Assembly: GCA_017429505.1 (NCBI GenBank)
Contig: JAFROW010000002.1
Span: 18,609 to 82,608 of the forward strand
Reading direction: 5' to 3'
Length of the DNA stretch: 64,000 nt
Origin: Clostridia bacterium
Lineage (GTDB): Bacteria; Bacillota; Clostridia; TANB77; CAG-508
Below the pieces are notes generated by a model. It saw only the letters and a list, made by a program, of their open reading frames with translations, was not told the DNA's origin and ran no database searches. Below are positions 40,783 through 50,915 of the stretch, piece after piece. A program made the translations under genes and the position numbers. The first letter of the stretch is position 1, and each line of letters begins with the position of its first letter.

Positions 40783-40856
40783 TGGAGCAGGTAGTGGGAA
40801 TCGAACCCACGTAGCTAGCTTGGAAGGCTAGGGTTCTACCATTGAACTACACCTGC
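40783..40856 (-). tRNA. tRNA-Gly (anticodon UCC).
   Basis: Cloverleaf: acceptor GCAGGTG, anticodon stem CTAGC/GCTAG, loop CUUCCAA, T-arm GTGGG-TTCGATT-CCCAC, and a 3' CCA is encoded. Confidence 0.85.
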
Positions 40857-41072
40857 ATTTTCTCAAGACATTTATTATTATATCACGTTTTAAAAATTTG
40901 TCAATACTTTTTTTAAAATTTTTTTAGATTTTTTTCAGAAATTTCCCCAAAATTTTATAGCCAGTATTTTATCAGTATATTTTTCCAATTTTAGTAAATA
41001 CTAAATTAAAAAGATTTTGTATTTAAAATCCTTATATGTATTTGTCACCAGAAGAAAGGAACTTTTTTTAGT

Positions 41073-42713
41073 ATGAACATAAAAAAAATATTTAAATATG
41101 AGCCACAGCATAAATATGACTTCAACATTCAATCAACAGAAAATGCAACAGTTCAAGATTTAAATTCAGAAAAATTAGACCAAAAAGTAAATATGTCATT
41201 ACAAGAAAATCTTGAATTTATACAATCTAAATTTAATACTTTAATTAGCAGTGATGTTGTAATTAGAAAATTTTCTTTAATTTGTAAAAATCAAAAATAT
41301 AAAGCTTTTTTATTTTTTATAGATGGTATGACAGATTCAGTTAATATTAATCACTTTGTTTTAAAACCTTTAATGCAAAGAAATCAACAAAGTAAAAATA
41401 AAAGCGCTCCTCCCAAAACTCGTCAAATAAATCTCTCATCGTTTGCAAATTATATTTACAATCGTCTTATACCATACAATAACCTTTCTCAAGAGACTGA
41501 ATTTGATAAAATAATTTCTGATATAAATTCTGGAAATTGTGTGCTTTTTGTAGATACTTTAAATATTGCATTTGATATAGATGCAAAAGGTTTTAAACAA
41601 AGAAGTATTGAAAGGCCTCAAATTGAAAATGTTATAAAAGGTCCTCAAGAGGCTTTTGTAGAAAACATAAGAACCAACACTTCCCTACTTAGAAGGCTTG
41701 TAAATAACCAAAATCTTATAATTGAAAATATTGAAATTGGTGAACTTAGCAAAACAAAATGTGCTTTGTGTTATATGCAAAATATCGCAAATGGAGATTT
41801 AATTACAGAAGCTAAATTTAGGTTAAACAATATTTCAATTGATAGCCTAATTTCTTCAGGAGAACTTGAACAATTAATTCAGGATGGTCCGAGTGCAGGA
41901 ATTCCGCAAATCTTGTCAACAGAAAGACCAGATAAATGTGTAAAAGCTATGTATCAAGGTAGAGCAGTAATACTTGTAAATGGTAATCCCTATGCCTTAA
42001 TTATACCTTCTGTAATGACAGATTTTCTTGCTTCACCCGAGGATTCAAATTTGGTTCCTCTATTTGCAAATTTTTTAAAGGTTATTAGGTTAATAGCTTT
42101 AATTATTACTTTACTACTTCCTGGAATGTATATTGCTGTAACAAATTTTCATCAAGAGCTCTTCCCTACTGAACTTCTTTTTTCAATATTAGTTGCAAGA
42201 GAAAACGTTCCATTTCCAATAATCTTTGAGCTTTTACTAATGGAAGTTTCGTTCGAACTTATTCGTGAAGGTGGTCTTAGAACCCCTTCTGCAATTGGTT
42301 CAACTCTTGGCATTGTTGGTGCTTTAATATTAGGTGATGCAGCAGTTTCTGCGAATGTCGTAAGTCCTATTCTTATTATAGTTGTTGCAATAACAGGTCT
42401 TTCTTCTTTTGTAATTCCAAATTTTTCATTTGGTTTTCACTTAAGAGTTTATAGATTTATTTTTACTATTTTAGGCTATATTTGTGGATTTTTAGGTATA
42501 GGCATTGGAATTTATGTGTATCTTGCAACTATATGTAGTATTAAATCTTTTGGTGTAGCTTATGTTTCCCCTATCTCGCCAAATATTTCTGGTTTTAGCT
42601 TAAAATATTTTGTACCTCCTTTTTGGAAACAAGAGTATAGAAATGACTTTTTAGCACCAAAGAAGCAAGTTTCTCAAGATAAATATAGTATGAAGTGGAA
42701 GAAAAATAATTAA
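41073..42713 (+). CDS. Spore germination protein, GerA/GerKA family (A subunit).
   Basis: About 550 aa with a large N-terminal soluble region and a C-terminal multi-TM domain (PIIFELLLMEVSFELIREGGLR...). It is followed by B and C subunits. Confidence 0.85.
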   Translation: MNIKKIFKYEPQHKYDFNIQSTENATVQDLNSEKLDQKVNMSLQENLEFIQSKFNTLISSDVVIRKFSLICKNQKYKAFLFFIDGMTDSVNINHFVLKPLMQRNQQSKNKSAPPKTRQINLSSFANYIYNRLIPYNNLSQETEFDKIISDINSGNCVLFVDTLNIAFDIDAKGFKQRSIERPQIENVIKGPQEAFVENIRTNTSLLRRLVNNQNLIIENIEIGELSKTKCALCYMQNIANGDLITEAKFRLNNISIDSLISSGELEQLIQDGPSAGIPQILSTERPDKCVKAMYQGRAVILVNGNPYALIIPSVMTDFLASPEDSNLVPLFANFLKVIRLIALIITLLLPGMYIAVTNFHQELFPTELLFSILVARENVPFPIIFELLLMEVSFELIREGGLRTPSAIGSTLGIVGALILGDAAVSANVVSPILIIVVAITGLSSFVIPNFSFGFHLRVYRFIFTILGYICGFLGIGIGIYVYLATICSIKSFGVAYVSPISPNISGFSLKYFVPPFWKQEYRNDFLAPKKQVSQDKYSMKWKKNN

Positions 42714-42841
42714 ACTTTGCATGGCCCAAATATCAATTCTTTTGCAAACATTAATTTAATGAGGAAAGAAAATAATTAAATTTTGTTTAGCTAAAATGTC
42801 AATTGTTCTTTAACTATATTATGCGAGGAGGCTTTAAGAAT

Positions 42842-43921
42842 ATGGAAAAAATCAATAATAAAGAAGCAATATCTCTGACTATAAGTTGTAGCCTTGGTAT
42901 TACAGTTTTTATATCAAGCCAAATTATAGCTTCAGAGTGTTTATCTTCAAGTCTTATAAATACAGGATTTATAAGTTTAATAGCAATGGGATTAACCGCC
43001 ATTATTTGTATATTGTACAAAAAGTTTATAGGAATAAGCTTTTTAGATATAACAGAATTTGTTGGAGGCAAATTTTTAAAATTTATTGTAGGCACAGCCT
43101 TTTTATTTTACTTTATCTTTACTTTAGCAATTGTTTTGTGCAAAGCAGTAAATTGCTTACAAATTGTATATTACCCAATGACTCATCCAAATTACACAGT
43201 TTTACTTTTTGTAATTACAGCAGCAATTGCATGTAATCTAAAAAATAACGGATTTTTGCGTGCTACATTTATACTAGTGCCAATAGTTATTGTTGCAATA
43301 TTTTTTATATTTGCTGGAAATTTGAAAAATTTTAATTATGAAAATATTTTTCCTTTAATGGGAAATGGCGTAAAAGCTACTTTTATAGAAGGTACTACAA
43401 ACCTTTTTACATTTGGTGGAATTGCATATATACTTTTTTTACCACAAAATTTAAAAAGACCAGATAAATTTATGTCTGTATCTTTAATCTCCACCGCAAT
43501 TTCAAGCATTTTGCTTACATTTGTAACTGCAACCATTATCTTGATGTTTAACAAAAACGTTACAAGTGGTCAGCTTTTCCCTCTATACATTGCAGTTCGT
43601 TATATAGAATTTGGTACATTCTTTCAAAGGCTTGACTCTGCATTTTTGCTTATAATGAATATAGCTATCTGCTCATTTTTAGGAATATATTCAAACCTTT
43701 GCCTTGGAATTATAAAAGAGATTACAAATATTTCTGATATTAAACCTTTAAGCTATTGTTTTGTACTACTTTTATATGCTTCAACAATTCTAATAGATGC
43801 AAAATTCGAACTGGAATTTATGCAAAATATTTTTTTTAAAATACTTTTCTTTTGTGTAATTTCTTTAGGATTAATAATTTTGATTTTGGCAAATTTAAAA
43901 AAGGAGTTTCAACATGAGTAA
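42842..43921 (+). CDS. Spore germination protein, GerAB/GerKB family (amino-acid-permease-like B subunit).
   Basis: About 360-aa polytopic membrane protein. RBS GAGGAGG precedes the ATG at 42842. Its end overlaps the start of the C subunit. Confidence 0.8.
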   Translation: MEKINNKEAISLTISCSLGITVFISSQIIASECLSSSLINTGFISLIAMGLTAIICILYKKFIGISFLDITEFVGGKFLKFIVGTAFLFYFIFTLAIVLCKAVNCLQIVYYPMTHPNYTVLLFVITAAIACNLKNNGFLRATFILVPIVIVAIFFIFAGNLKNFNYENIFPLMGNGVKATFIEGTTNLFTFGGIAYILFLPQNLKRPDKFMSVSLISTAISSILLTFVTATIILMFNKNVTSGQLFPLYIAVRYIEFGTFFQRLDSAFLLIMNIAICSFLGIYSNLCLGIIKEITNISDIKPLSYCFVLLLYASTILIDAKFELEFMQNIFFKILFFCVISLGLIILILANLKKEFQHE

Positions 43922-45332
43922 AAATATGTTAAAATTTTATGCAATTGTAATATTAGCTTTAGTCTTTATGTATGCATTTTCTGCCTCATACACATCAGAT
44001 AGTGTGGATAATATCTCTTATGTAATTGCTCTTGCAGTAGATGAAAATGAAGGTGAGAAAAATTTGCAGGTAACTTTTGAATTTATGGATACATCTACTT
44101 TTTCAAGTGAAGGTTCTTCCGAATCTAAAAGTGCAATAATAGATACAATTAATGCAACATCTATTAATAGTGCAATAAACCTTCTTAATGCATATATTGG
44201 AAAACAAGTAAATTTATCTCACTGCAAAGTTGTAGTTTTTTCAGATAAGATTGCCCAAAAAGGCATTGGTGCAGAAGTTTCTGAACTTATGAATAACATA
44301 CAAGTAAGACCTTCTACAAATATTATAATTTGTAAAGGAAATGCTTTAGAATATATTCAAAATTCTACTTCACAACTTGAAAAAATTTTAACTAAATATT
44401 ATGATATTTTTCCTAATAGTAGTGAATACACAGGCTACACTTCAAATATTATGATTGGTGAATTTTATAATTATCTAACCACAAAAGAGTGTGGTAATCT
44501 CGCAATTTTGGGAGGACTTAACCCTACTATCTCTCCATCAAATTCATCAGGAAATCCTTCAAATAATTCTGCCGATGGAAGTTCAAGTGGAGGTTCATCT
44601 GGAGGAGGTTCATCTGGAGAAGGTTCAGGAAATAATTCATCAAGTAGCTCATCAAATAGTTCTTCAAGTAATAATTCTAGCGAAGATTCGTCTAAAGACT
44701 CTTCCGAAAAAGAAAAACCTAAAGAAAAGCCAGATAATAGTACCCCGATTTCAAAAATGATTTCTGGAAATGCGCCTATCTTAGGAGAAAGAGGAACAGA
44801 AAACATTGGCCTTGCAGTAATGAAAGATGGTATTTATATTGGAGACCTTACAGCAGAAGACACTCTGTGCCACACTTTAATAAGCGGAGAAGTAAATTCA
44901 TTTTTACTTACAATAAATAATACAGAAATTTATGAAAATTATCTAGACATTGAACTTTTCGAAAATATGATTCCTAAAATATCCGTAAAAATTGAAAATG
45001 ACAATCCTAAAATAAACATTGATATTAAATTAATTGGAAGAATTAGTGGAATTAAAGATGGAATAAATTATTCTGATGAGCCAAGCAACTTAGACCTTTA
45101 CAAAATTTCAAGAGCAACTGAGGAAACTATAAAAAGATGTATTACAGATTACCTTAATAAAACTTCTACCGAATTCAAATGTGATATTGACTATTTTTAT
45201 AATTATGCAAAACGTAGATTTTTGACAGTACAAGATTGGAAAAAATATGATTGGTCATCAAAATATACAAATAGCAAATTTGACGTTAAAGTTGAAGCTA
45301 AGATTTATTATAGTTTGTTGCATTCAGACTAA
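43914..45332 (+). CDS. Spore germination protein, GerAC/GerKC family (C subunit), with an internal Ser/Gly/Asn-rich low-complexity insert. No obvious lipobox Cys.
   Basis: Conserved YVIALAVDE-type motif after the signal sequence. Its position completes the A-B-C operon. Confidence 0.75.
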   Translation: MSKNMLKFYAIVILALVFMYAFSASYTSDSVDNISYVIALAVDENEGEKNLQVTFEFMDTSTFSSEGSSESKSAIIDTINATSINSAINLLNAYIGKQVNLSHCKVVVFSDKIAQKGIGAEVSELMNNIQVRPSTNIIICKGNALEYIQNSTSQLEKILTKYYDIFPNSSEYTGYTSNIMIGEFYNYLTTKECGNLAILGGLNPTISPSNSSGNPSNNSADGSSSGGSSGGGSSGEGSGNNSSSSSSNSSSSNNSSEDSSKDSSEKEKPKEKPDNSTPISKMISGNAPILGERGTENIGLAVMKDGIYIGDLTAEDTLCHTLISGEVNSFLLTINNTEIYENYLDIELFENMIPKISVKIENDNPKINIDIKLIGRISGIKDGINYSDEPSNLDLYKISRATEETIKRCITDYLNKTSTEFKCDIDYFYNYAKRRFLTVQDWKKYDWSSKYTNSKFDVKVEAKIYYSLLHSD

Positions 45333-45408
45333 TTCTAAACTTTCCACTTTAAAACAATACTGAATATATAAATATTTTTCTAATAATCTTAGGAAAGGAT
45401 ACTAAATA

Positions 45409-45588
45409 TGAACACGATTTTCACAAAAATAATTTTTTTAATTTTTACTATATTTATTTTTCTATATACCTGCTCTTATGCAGGGTTTGAAATAACTAAA
45501 AAAAATAATCTAAGTGGAGGAATTTATGTTTTTATCTTTTCTCTACTTAGTGTAATTTTTAGTAATATTATGTTTTTTATGTCTTAAT
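45409..45588 (+). CDS. Small hydrophobic peptide (59 aa), hypothetical.
   Basis: RBS GGAAAGGA and two hydrophobic segments. The call is weak. Confidence 0.25.
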
Positions 45589-45737
45589 TTAAAATCACAT
45601 TTTGTCGAAATATATCATATTATTATATAGACATCTTTGTTACTATTAAAAGTAAAAAGATAATTCTATAGTTCTCTACATTTACGCTTTTTATTGGAAT
45701 TATCTTTTTCTTTATTATTTAATTAGTAGTTTAAGGA

Positions 45738-46328
45738 ATGATATATATGAACAAAATAAAACAAGAAGAAAAATTACAATATATTACCGGAAAAATATTA
45801 CATTTGGATGGAGATAGAAGATATAGTGAAAAATCTTTTAAGTTTTATCAAAAAATGGGACTAACAGCTGTTGTAAAAAACATTCCTGAATATAAACAAC
45901 CACAGATGGTATATAATTTATTATCTTATTATAAACCTGATATTCTTATTGTAACTGGACATGATGGAATGATAAAAAAAGGAAAAGCATTTAATGACAT
46001 ATATAATTACAAAAATTCTAAATATTTTATAGCAACTGTAAAAGAAGCCAGAAGGTACGAAAAAGACATTGGAAAAAATCTCGTTATTTTCGCAGGAGCA
46101 TGTGAAAGTTATTTTGAAGCTTTAATGATGGCTGGTGCAAATTTTGCTTCTTCCCCTTCAAGAATTATGATAGATTTTTTTGATCCACTTGTAATTGCAA
46201 AAAAAGTTGCTACAACAGATCATTTTAAATATATAACAATAGAAGATCTGGAAGACGAATTAAGAGATGGGAAAAAAGGTGTAAATGGTATTGGAGCATC
46301 AGGAAAAAAGCATATAATACTTGTGTAA
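45738..46328 (+). CDS. yabG: Sporulation-specific protease YabG (short form; catalytic domain only).
   Basis: GKILHLDGD, ILIVTGHDG and VIFAGACESYFEALMMAGANFASSPSRIMID match the B. subtilis YabG C-terminal domain. veg is adjacent, as in Bacillus. Confidence 0.8.
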   Translation: MIYMNKIKQEEKLQYITGKILHLDGDRRYSEKSFKFYQKMGLTAVVKNIPEYKQPQMVYNLLSYYKPDILIVTGHDGMIKKGKAFNDIYNYKNSKYFIATVKEARRYEKDIGKNLVIFAGACESYFEALMMAGANFASSPSRIMIDFFDPLVIAKKVATTDHFKYITIEDLEDELRDGKKGVNGIGASGKKHIILV

Positions 46329-46493
46329 TATTTTTGTAACACAAATGTAATATAAATGTAATATTTCAAGTTTCGACTTATTTTTTCTTAGAACAACAAG
46401 AGGTACAACGTTTTTTTAAAATTGTACCTCTTTTGACATTTTATGTATATTGTGATAAAATTCAATCATAAATATTGAAGTGAAGGTGATTAT

Positions 46494-46790
46494 ATGATTT
46501 GCTCTGCAGATATTTTAAACTTAAAAACAGACATTTTAGAAAAAATTGGTCAAAAGATTATTATCAAGGGTTCTCTTGGTAGAAATAAATCTTTTGAGAA
46601 AGAAGCTACAATAGAAAAAGCATATCCAAATATATTTACGGTAAAATATTTAGAAGGGGCAAGGAACGCAACATATAGCTATACAGACATACTTACAAGA
46701 ACTGTAGAAGTTGATGTTTTAGAGGGTGATACATATAGTCCTTTAATTCCACCTGCACCTGAAGTAACTAAAAAAAGAATAAGAGTATAA
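46494..46790 (+). CDS. veg: Veg (DUF1021) biofilm/sporulation-associated small protein.
   Basis: Veg-like pattern (L..IK..L....G......G.L...YP..F......SYSY.DILT..VE). A terminator hairpin lies at 46793..46826. Confidence 0.8.
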   Translation: MICSADILNLKTDILEKIGQKIIIKGSLGRNKSFEKEATIEKAYPNIFTVKYLEGARNATYSYTDILTRTVEVDVLEGDTYSPLIPPAPEVTKKRIRV

Positions 46791-47021
46791 AAAAAATTCT
46801 GCTATATTGCAGAATTTTTTTACTTCATTGAATATATAATTATTTTTCGAATAATCTTAGGTAACTTTCGTTTTACACAAAAAAATTCTAACTAATTTTG
46901 CAAGCGCCCTAAAAAAATTTCTTTTCAGATTCCCTTGCAAAATTATTAAAAATTTTTAAGTTACTCAGTTAGCTAAGATTAATTCTCAAAATATTTATAT
47001 ATTCAATTTAATTTATTAATT

Positions 47022-48728
47022 TTAGTTTTCTTCTAAAATCTTCTTAATTTCTTCAAATCTTTTAACTTTTGCAGTAGTAGTTTTAATCATAGGTTCATCT
47101 GTAACAATTAATTTCTTTATATGTTTAAAAATCGTAAGTTCTTTATTTATATTTTTTATATCTCCCCAAATTTTATGTTGTATTTTGTCTTTCGAATCCC
47201 CTTTAAAATATTCGGAATTATATACAATCTTTGCAGATAAAACTAAGTCATCTCCTTTAGGATATCCAAATACCATGTTTTCTGCAACATAAGGTAATCT
47301 ACTTATTAATGTTTCTATTTCTTCAGGATAAATATTTTTTCCATTTTTTAATACAATAACACTTTTTTCTCTTCCTGCAATATAAATATGTCCTTTCTTT
47401 CCTAAATACCCTAAATCTCCTGTGTAAAACCATCCGTCTTTTAAAACTTCTTTTGTAGCTTCCTCATTTTCATAATATCCAAGCATTACATTAGGCCCTT
47501 TTACAGCAATCTCTCCTATTCCCTCTTCATTTGGATTATCAATTTTTACTTCAACATTGCATAGAGGCTTTCCACATGAATTATACCCCATTGTGTGAAT
47601 ATTTTCTCCAGAAACTACAGGTGCTGTTTCTGTAAGTCCATATCCTTGAACTGTATAAATTCCAATAGCATTAAAATCTGCTGCAACATCAGTGTTTAGT
47701 GCTGCTGCTCCACAAACTACTGCTCTTACTTCTCCGCCAAGCCCATCTAATATTTCTTTAAATATTTTTCTTCTTACATCTATTCCAATTTTTAATAGAG
47801 CGTTGCTTAATTTTTTTCCAAATTCAAATTTCTTTCTTTGTCCTGTTTTATCTATAGTATTCATTATTTTTTTGTGCATTGCTTCCAAAATTAATGGCAC
47901 ACATACAAATACAGAAACCTTATATTCTACCAAATTCTCTTGTATATGTCTTAATCCATCACAAAATACATTGTTCACTCCATCACTAAGCATAAGCAAT
48001 AAACATGTTGAACCATACATATGGTGGAATGGCAAAAATGCAATATTTGTATCTGTATTGCAAAATGGTTGCTCATATTTTAGAGCTGCAACATTGCTTG
48101 CAATATTTCTATGTGAAATCATAACAGCTTTTGCAAGTGATGTAGTTCCTGATGTAAATAGGATTACACTCATTTTATTATTATCAATTTTAGCATCTAT
48201 GTATTTTTTATTACCACTTTGAATTTCCTTTTTTCCATCTTCTATTAATTTATGCAAATTTAAAAAATCTTCATCTTTTGTGTTATCCATCAAAATATAT
48301 TTTGAAAGATTTGTGTTGTTTTCTTTTTTTATCTTTTTCATTAGATCTATCATATTATCTTCAAAAATAATTGCATCAGCTTTACTTCTTTGAAGAGACA
48401 TAATAATCTCTTGCTCAGGGAGTCCTTTATCAAGTGGCACAGCAACTCCCACTCCATTTAATGTTGCCACATAACTTAAAATCCATTCATATCTATTTTT
48501 ACCTATTATAGCAACTCTCTTGCCTTCTAATCCTAATTTTAAAAGTGCTGTACCTAGTCCATTTATGTCTTCATTAAATTCTTTGTATGTGATTTTTTTA
48601 TATTCTATCGTTTTTCCTGCTTTATTTTTTATCGTGAATGCAGTACATTCTGAATAATTTTCTGTTGCATATTTAATAATTTCCTTAACATTCATAAAAT
48701 CAATAAATTCTTTTTTTTCTTTTTTCAT
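47022..48728 (-). CDS. AMP-dependent synthetase/ligase (long-chain fatty-acid--CoA ligase-like).
   Basis: AMP-binding motifs TSGTTS(LA)KAV and YGLTE, plus the overall ANL architecture. Confidence 0.85.
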   Translation of the reverse strand: MKKEKKEFIDFMNVKEIIKYATENYSECTAFTIKNKAGKTIEYKKITYKEFNEDINGLGTALLKLGLEGKRVAIIGKNRYEWILSYVATLNGVGVAVPLDKGLPEQEIIMSLQRSKADAIIFEDNMIDLMKKIKKENNTNLSKYILMDNTKDEDFLNLHKLIEDGKKEIQSGNKKYIDAKIDNNKMSVILFTSGTTSLAKAVMISHRNIASNVAALKYEQPFCNTDTNIAFLPFHHMYGSTCLLLMLSDGVNNVFCDGLRHIQENLVEYKVSVFVCVPLILEAMHKKIMNTIDKTGQRKKFEFGKKLSNALLKIGIDVRRKIFKEILDGLGGEVRAVVCGAAALNTDVAADFNAIGIYTVQGYGLTETAPVVSGENIHTMGYNSCGKPLCNVEVKIDNPNEEGIGEIAVKGPNVMLGYYENEEATKEVLKDGWFYTGDLGYLGKKGHIYIAGREKSVIVLKNGKNIYPEEIETLISRLPYVAENMVFGYPKGDDLVLSAKIVYNSEYFKGDSKDKIQHKIWGDIKNINKELTIFKHIKKLIVTDEPMIKTTTAKVKRFEEIKKILEEN

Positions 48729-49013
48729 AAAGACGCCTCCAAATCTTTTAATTTTACTTCGTGATGCGTAGCTTACTTAGAAGTTTTAGCTTTTTATATA
48801 ATAGGAAAGGATAACTTTCCTATTATATAAAAATAATCTAGTATTGAATACTAGATTATCATTTATTTATAAATCTGTCAATATACTTGACTACTAATTC
48901 GAGTATTTGTTTTTAATAATTTTCTTGAAAATAAAGCGTTTTCAAACTTTTTGCAATTTTCATAAATTTTTGTTTTACACTTTTTTAACTTTATAAATTA
49001 TATCTCACACTTT

Positions 49014-49349
49014 TTATACTTTTGTTTCTGCCCATCTTTTCATCTTTATGTCTTTATATTTTTCAAGTATTGTAGAATATTTTTCATACTCTTCTTCCCA
49101 CAATTCATTTGGCATTTTGTCAAATGCTTCGAATATTGTCTCCGCTTCTTTTAAATACAAAATTTGCTGTTGTGGACTTAAATTTTCATATCTTTTTGAA
49201 TACTCATATAATTTATCAAGTGTTTGGTTTGCCTCTACAAATCCCCAAAAATCTTTTACTGTTATTCCAAATAATTTAATTTGCATTATTGCATATCCTA
49301 CTAGTGCGAATATTACTAAAACTAAAAAATATATTATATATAACATTAT
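49014..49349 (-). CDS. Small membrane protein (about 111 aa).
   Basis: The six-frame ORF 49014..49625 overlaps tRNA-Gln. The true start is probably the internal Met (MLYIIYFLVLVIFALVGY...). Confidence 0.4.
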   Translation of the reverse strand: MMLYIIYFLVLVIFALVGYAIMQIKLFGITVKDFWGFVEANQTLDKLYEYSKRYENLSPQQQILYLKEAETIFEAFDKMPNELWEEEYEKYSTILEKYKDIKMKRWAETKV

Positions 49350-49425
49350 TTCACCTCTTAATTCACTTCTTATATTATACCATATATTTTTAGTATTTGC
49401 AAATTTTTGTAGAATTGGAAAGATT

Positions 49426-49500
49426 TGGCTGGGGTACTGTGATTCGAACACAGGAATGTCGGAGTCAGAGTCCGATGCCTTACCGCTTGGCGATACCCCA
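49426..49500 (-). tRNA. tRNA-Gln (anticodon CUG).
   Basis: 5' TGGGGTATCGCCAAGCGGTAAGGC...anticodon stem TCGGA/TCCGA with loop CUCUGAC...T-arm GTGTTCGAATCAC...CCA 3'. Confidence 0.85.
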
Positions 49501-49578
49501 ATATTTTGTACATTAATATTATACAAAAAAAAATGTGTTTTTTCAATACTTTTTTGTAAAAAATTAAATCCTACGAAC

Positions 49579-49911
49579 TTAAAACCAGTTGTCCAAACCT
49601 TTATATAAACTAAAAACATTATCATATTTCAATTTTTTTAAAATCTTGTATGCTTGTTTACTTCTAACACCTTCTTGGCAATATACTACTATTTCTTGTG
49701 CTTTGTCTTTTATAATATTATTCACAGTCTTTTTTATTTCATAATATGGAATATTTATTGCTTCTAGTAAATGTCCTTCGTTATATTCCTGAGAGCTTCT
49801 TACATCAACAATTATTGCACCTTGATTTTGTTTATTTATAAGCTCATCCATATTTATCTCATAAGATTCCATATTTCTTTTAAACATTTTATTTCTAATT
49901 TTCTCAAACAT
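49579..49911 (-). CDS. Rhodanese-domain (sulfurtransferase-like) protein.
   Basis: The active-site Cys lies in CQEGVRS. The motif IIVDVRS..EY..GHL..A.NIP is present. The true start may be the internal Met (MESYEI...). Confidence 0.75.
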   Translation of the reverse strand: MFEKIRNKMFKRNMESYEINMDELINKQNQGAIIVDVRSSQEYNEGHLLEAINIPYYEIKKTVNNIIKDKAQEIVVYCQEGVRSKQAYKILKKLKYDNVFSLYKGLDNWF

Positions 49912-50180
49912 TTTTCTTCACCTTATATATTTTATTATTCTGCATTTAATAAAGTGAATTATAAAACTATATTTTTGTACATAATTACACCTTATATAAA
50001 TATTACATTTTCAATATAAAACTTAAAGGAAAAAATGTCGTTTTTTGTTGATTTATAAATAGTTTTGTAGATATTTACTTATAATGTTTCAATCATATTT
50101 CAAAAACATATATAATGTTTCAACTTAATTACATTTATGTCAATTATATTACATTATGTATATCTTTTTTTATAAAATAT

Positions 50181-50213
50181 TTATCCACACAAATTGTGGA
50201 TAATGTGGATAAC
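50181..50213. promoter_or_regulatory. Cluster of three perfect DnaA boxes (TTATCCACA at 50181..50189; TGTGGATAA at 50195..50203 and 50205..50213). One-mismatch boxes lie at 50268..50276 and 50501..50509.
   Basis: Exact matches to the 9-mer DnaA-box consensus in both orientations, within a ~700-bp AT-rich intergenic region. Confidence 0.6.
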
Positions 50214-50624
50214 TTTGTTAATAACTTTTAATAGGCACTTTTTTTAAAAAAATTATTCACTTTTAATTGTGGATATCTTTATTATTCTGAACTAATTATT
50301 TTTATACTTTTTATGTATATTTATTAAAATAAAATATTTAATCATAATTTTTTAAATATAATTTAATTATACGAATTTTTTAAAATAGTTGGATTTTTCC
50401 AACTAACTTATATTTAAATAATAAGCTACTTTTTAATTAAATATAGATTTTTTTGTCTAACTCATTGTTAAAAAGCCTTAATTGTCACTTTATTTTTTAA
50501 TTATCCACTTAAAACTAATTATTTCCTTGCAACTATTTGGAACTTTCCAACTATTTTATTTTTTGTTTTATAATTAATAATATTTTTAAATAGAATAAAG
50601 ACCGAAATATAAAAACCTCGATCT

Positions 50625-50915
50625 TTATTTTATCAATTCATATACAACTAATATAATTTCTAATATCACTAAAGCAGGCATTCCAATAGTAAATTTAGCT
50701 TTTTTAGTTTTATGTCTAAATGTGTACATACCTGCTATTGTTCCTATTCCTCCACCAAGTGCAGTTATTCCAAAAAGGGTGTTTTCAGGAATTCTCCATG
50801 CATTTTTTTTTGCCTTCCATTTATCTATTCCCATTGCAAAAAATCCAACAATATTTATTACTATTAAATAAATAATAACATTTGATACTCCAATTGATTC
50901 TATTATTTCTTTCAT
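50625..50915 (-). CDS. DUF1294-family small membrane protein.
   Basis: Pattern typical of DUF1294: an N-terminal TM helix, then DKWKAKKNAWRIPE, then a second TM region. Confidence 0.55.
   Translation of the reverse strand: MKEIIESIGVSNVIIYLIVINIVGFFAMGIDKWKAKKNAWRIPENTLFGITALGGGIGTIAGMYTFRHKTKKAKFTIGMPALVILEIILVVYELIK

Noticed and set aside
49014-49625. Full-length 203-aa ORF.
   Set aside because: It overlaps a well-formed tRNA-Gln (49426..49500) on the same strand. Only the C-terminal ~111 codons, from the internal Met, are plausible.
50150-50560. Calling the DnaA-box cluster the chromosomal oriC.
   Set aside because: No dnaA, dnaN or rpmH is anywhere in the window. Without whole-genome GC-skew this cannot be asserted, so it is reported as a DnaA-box cluster only.
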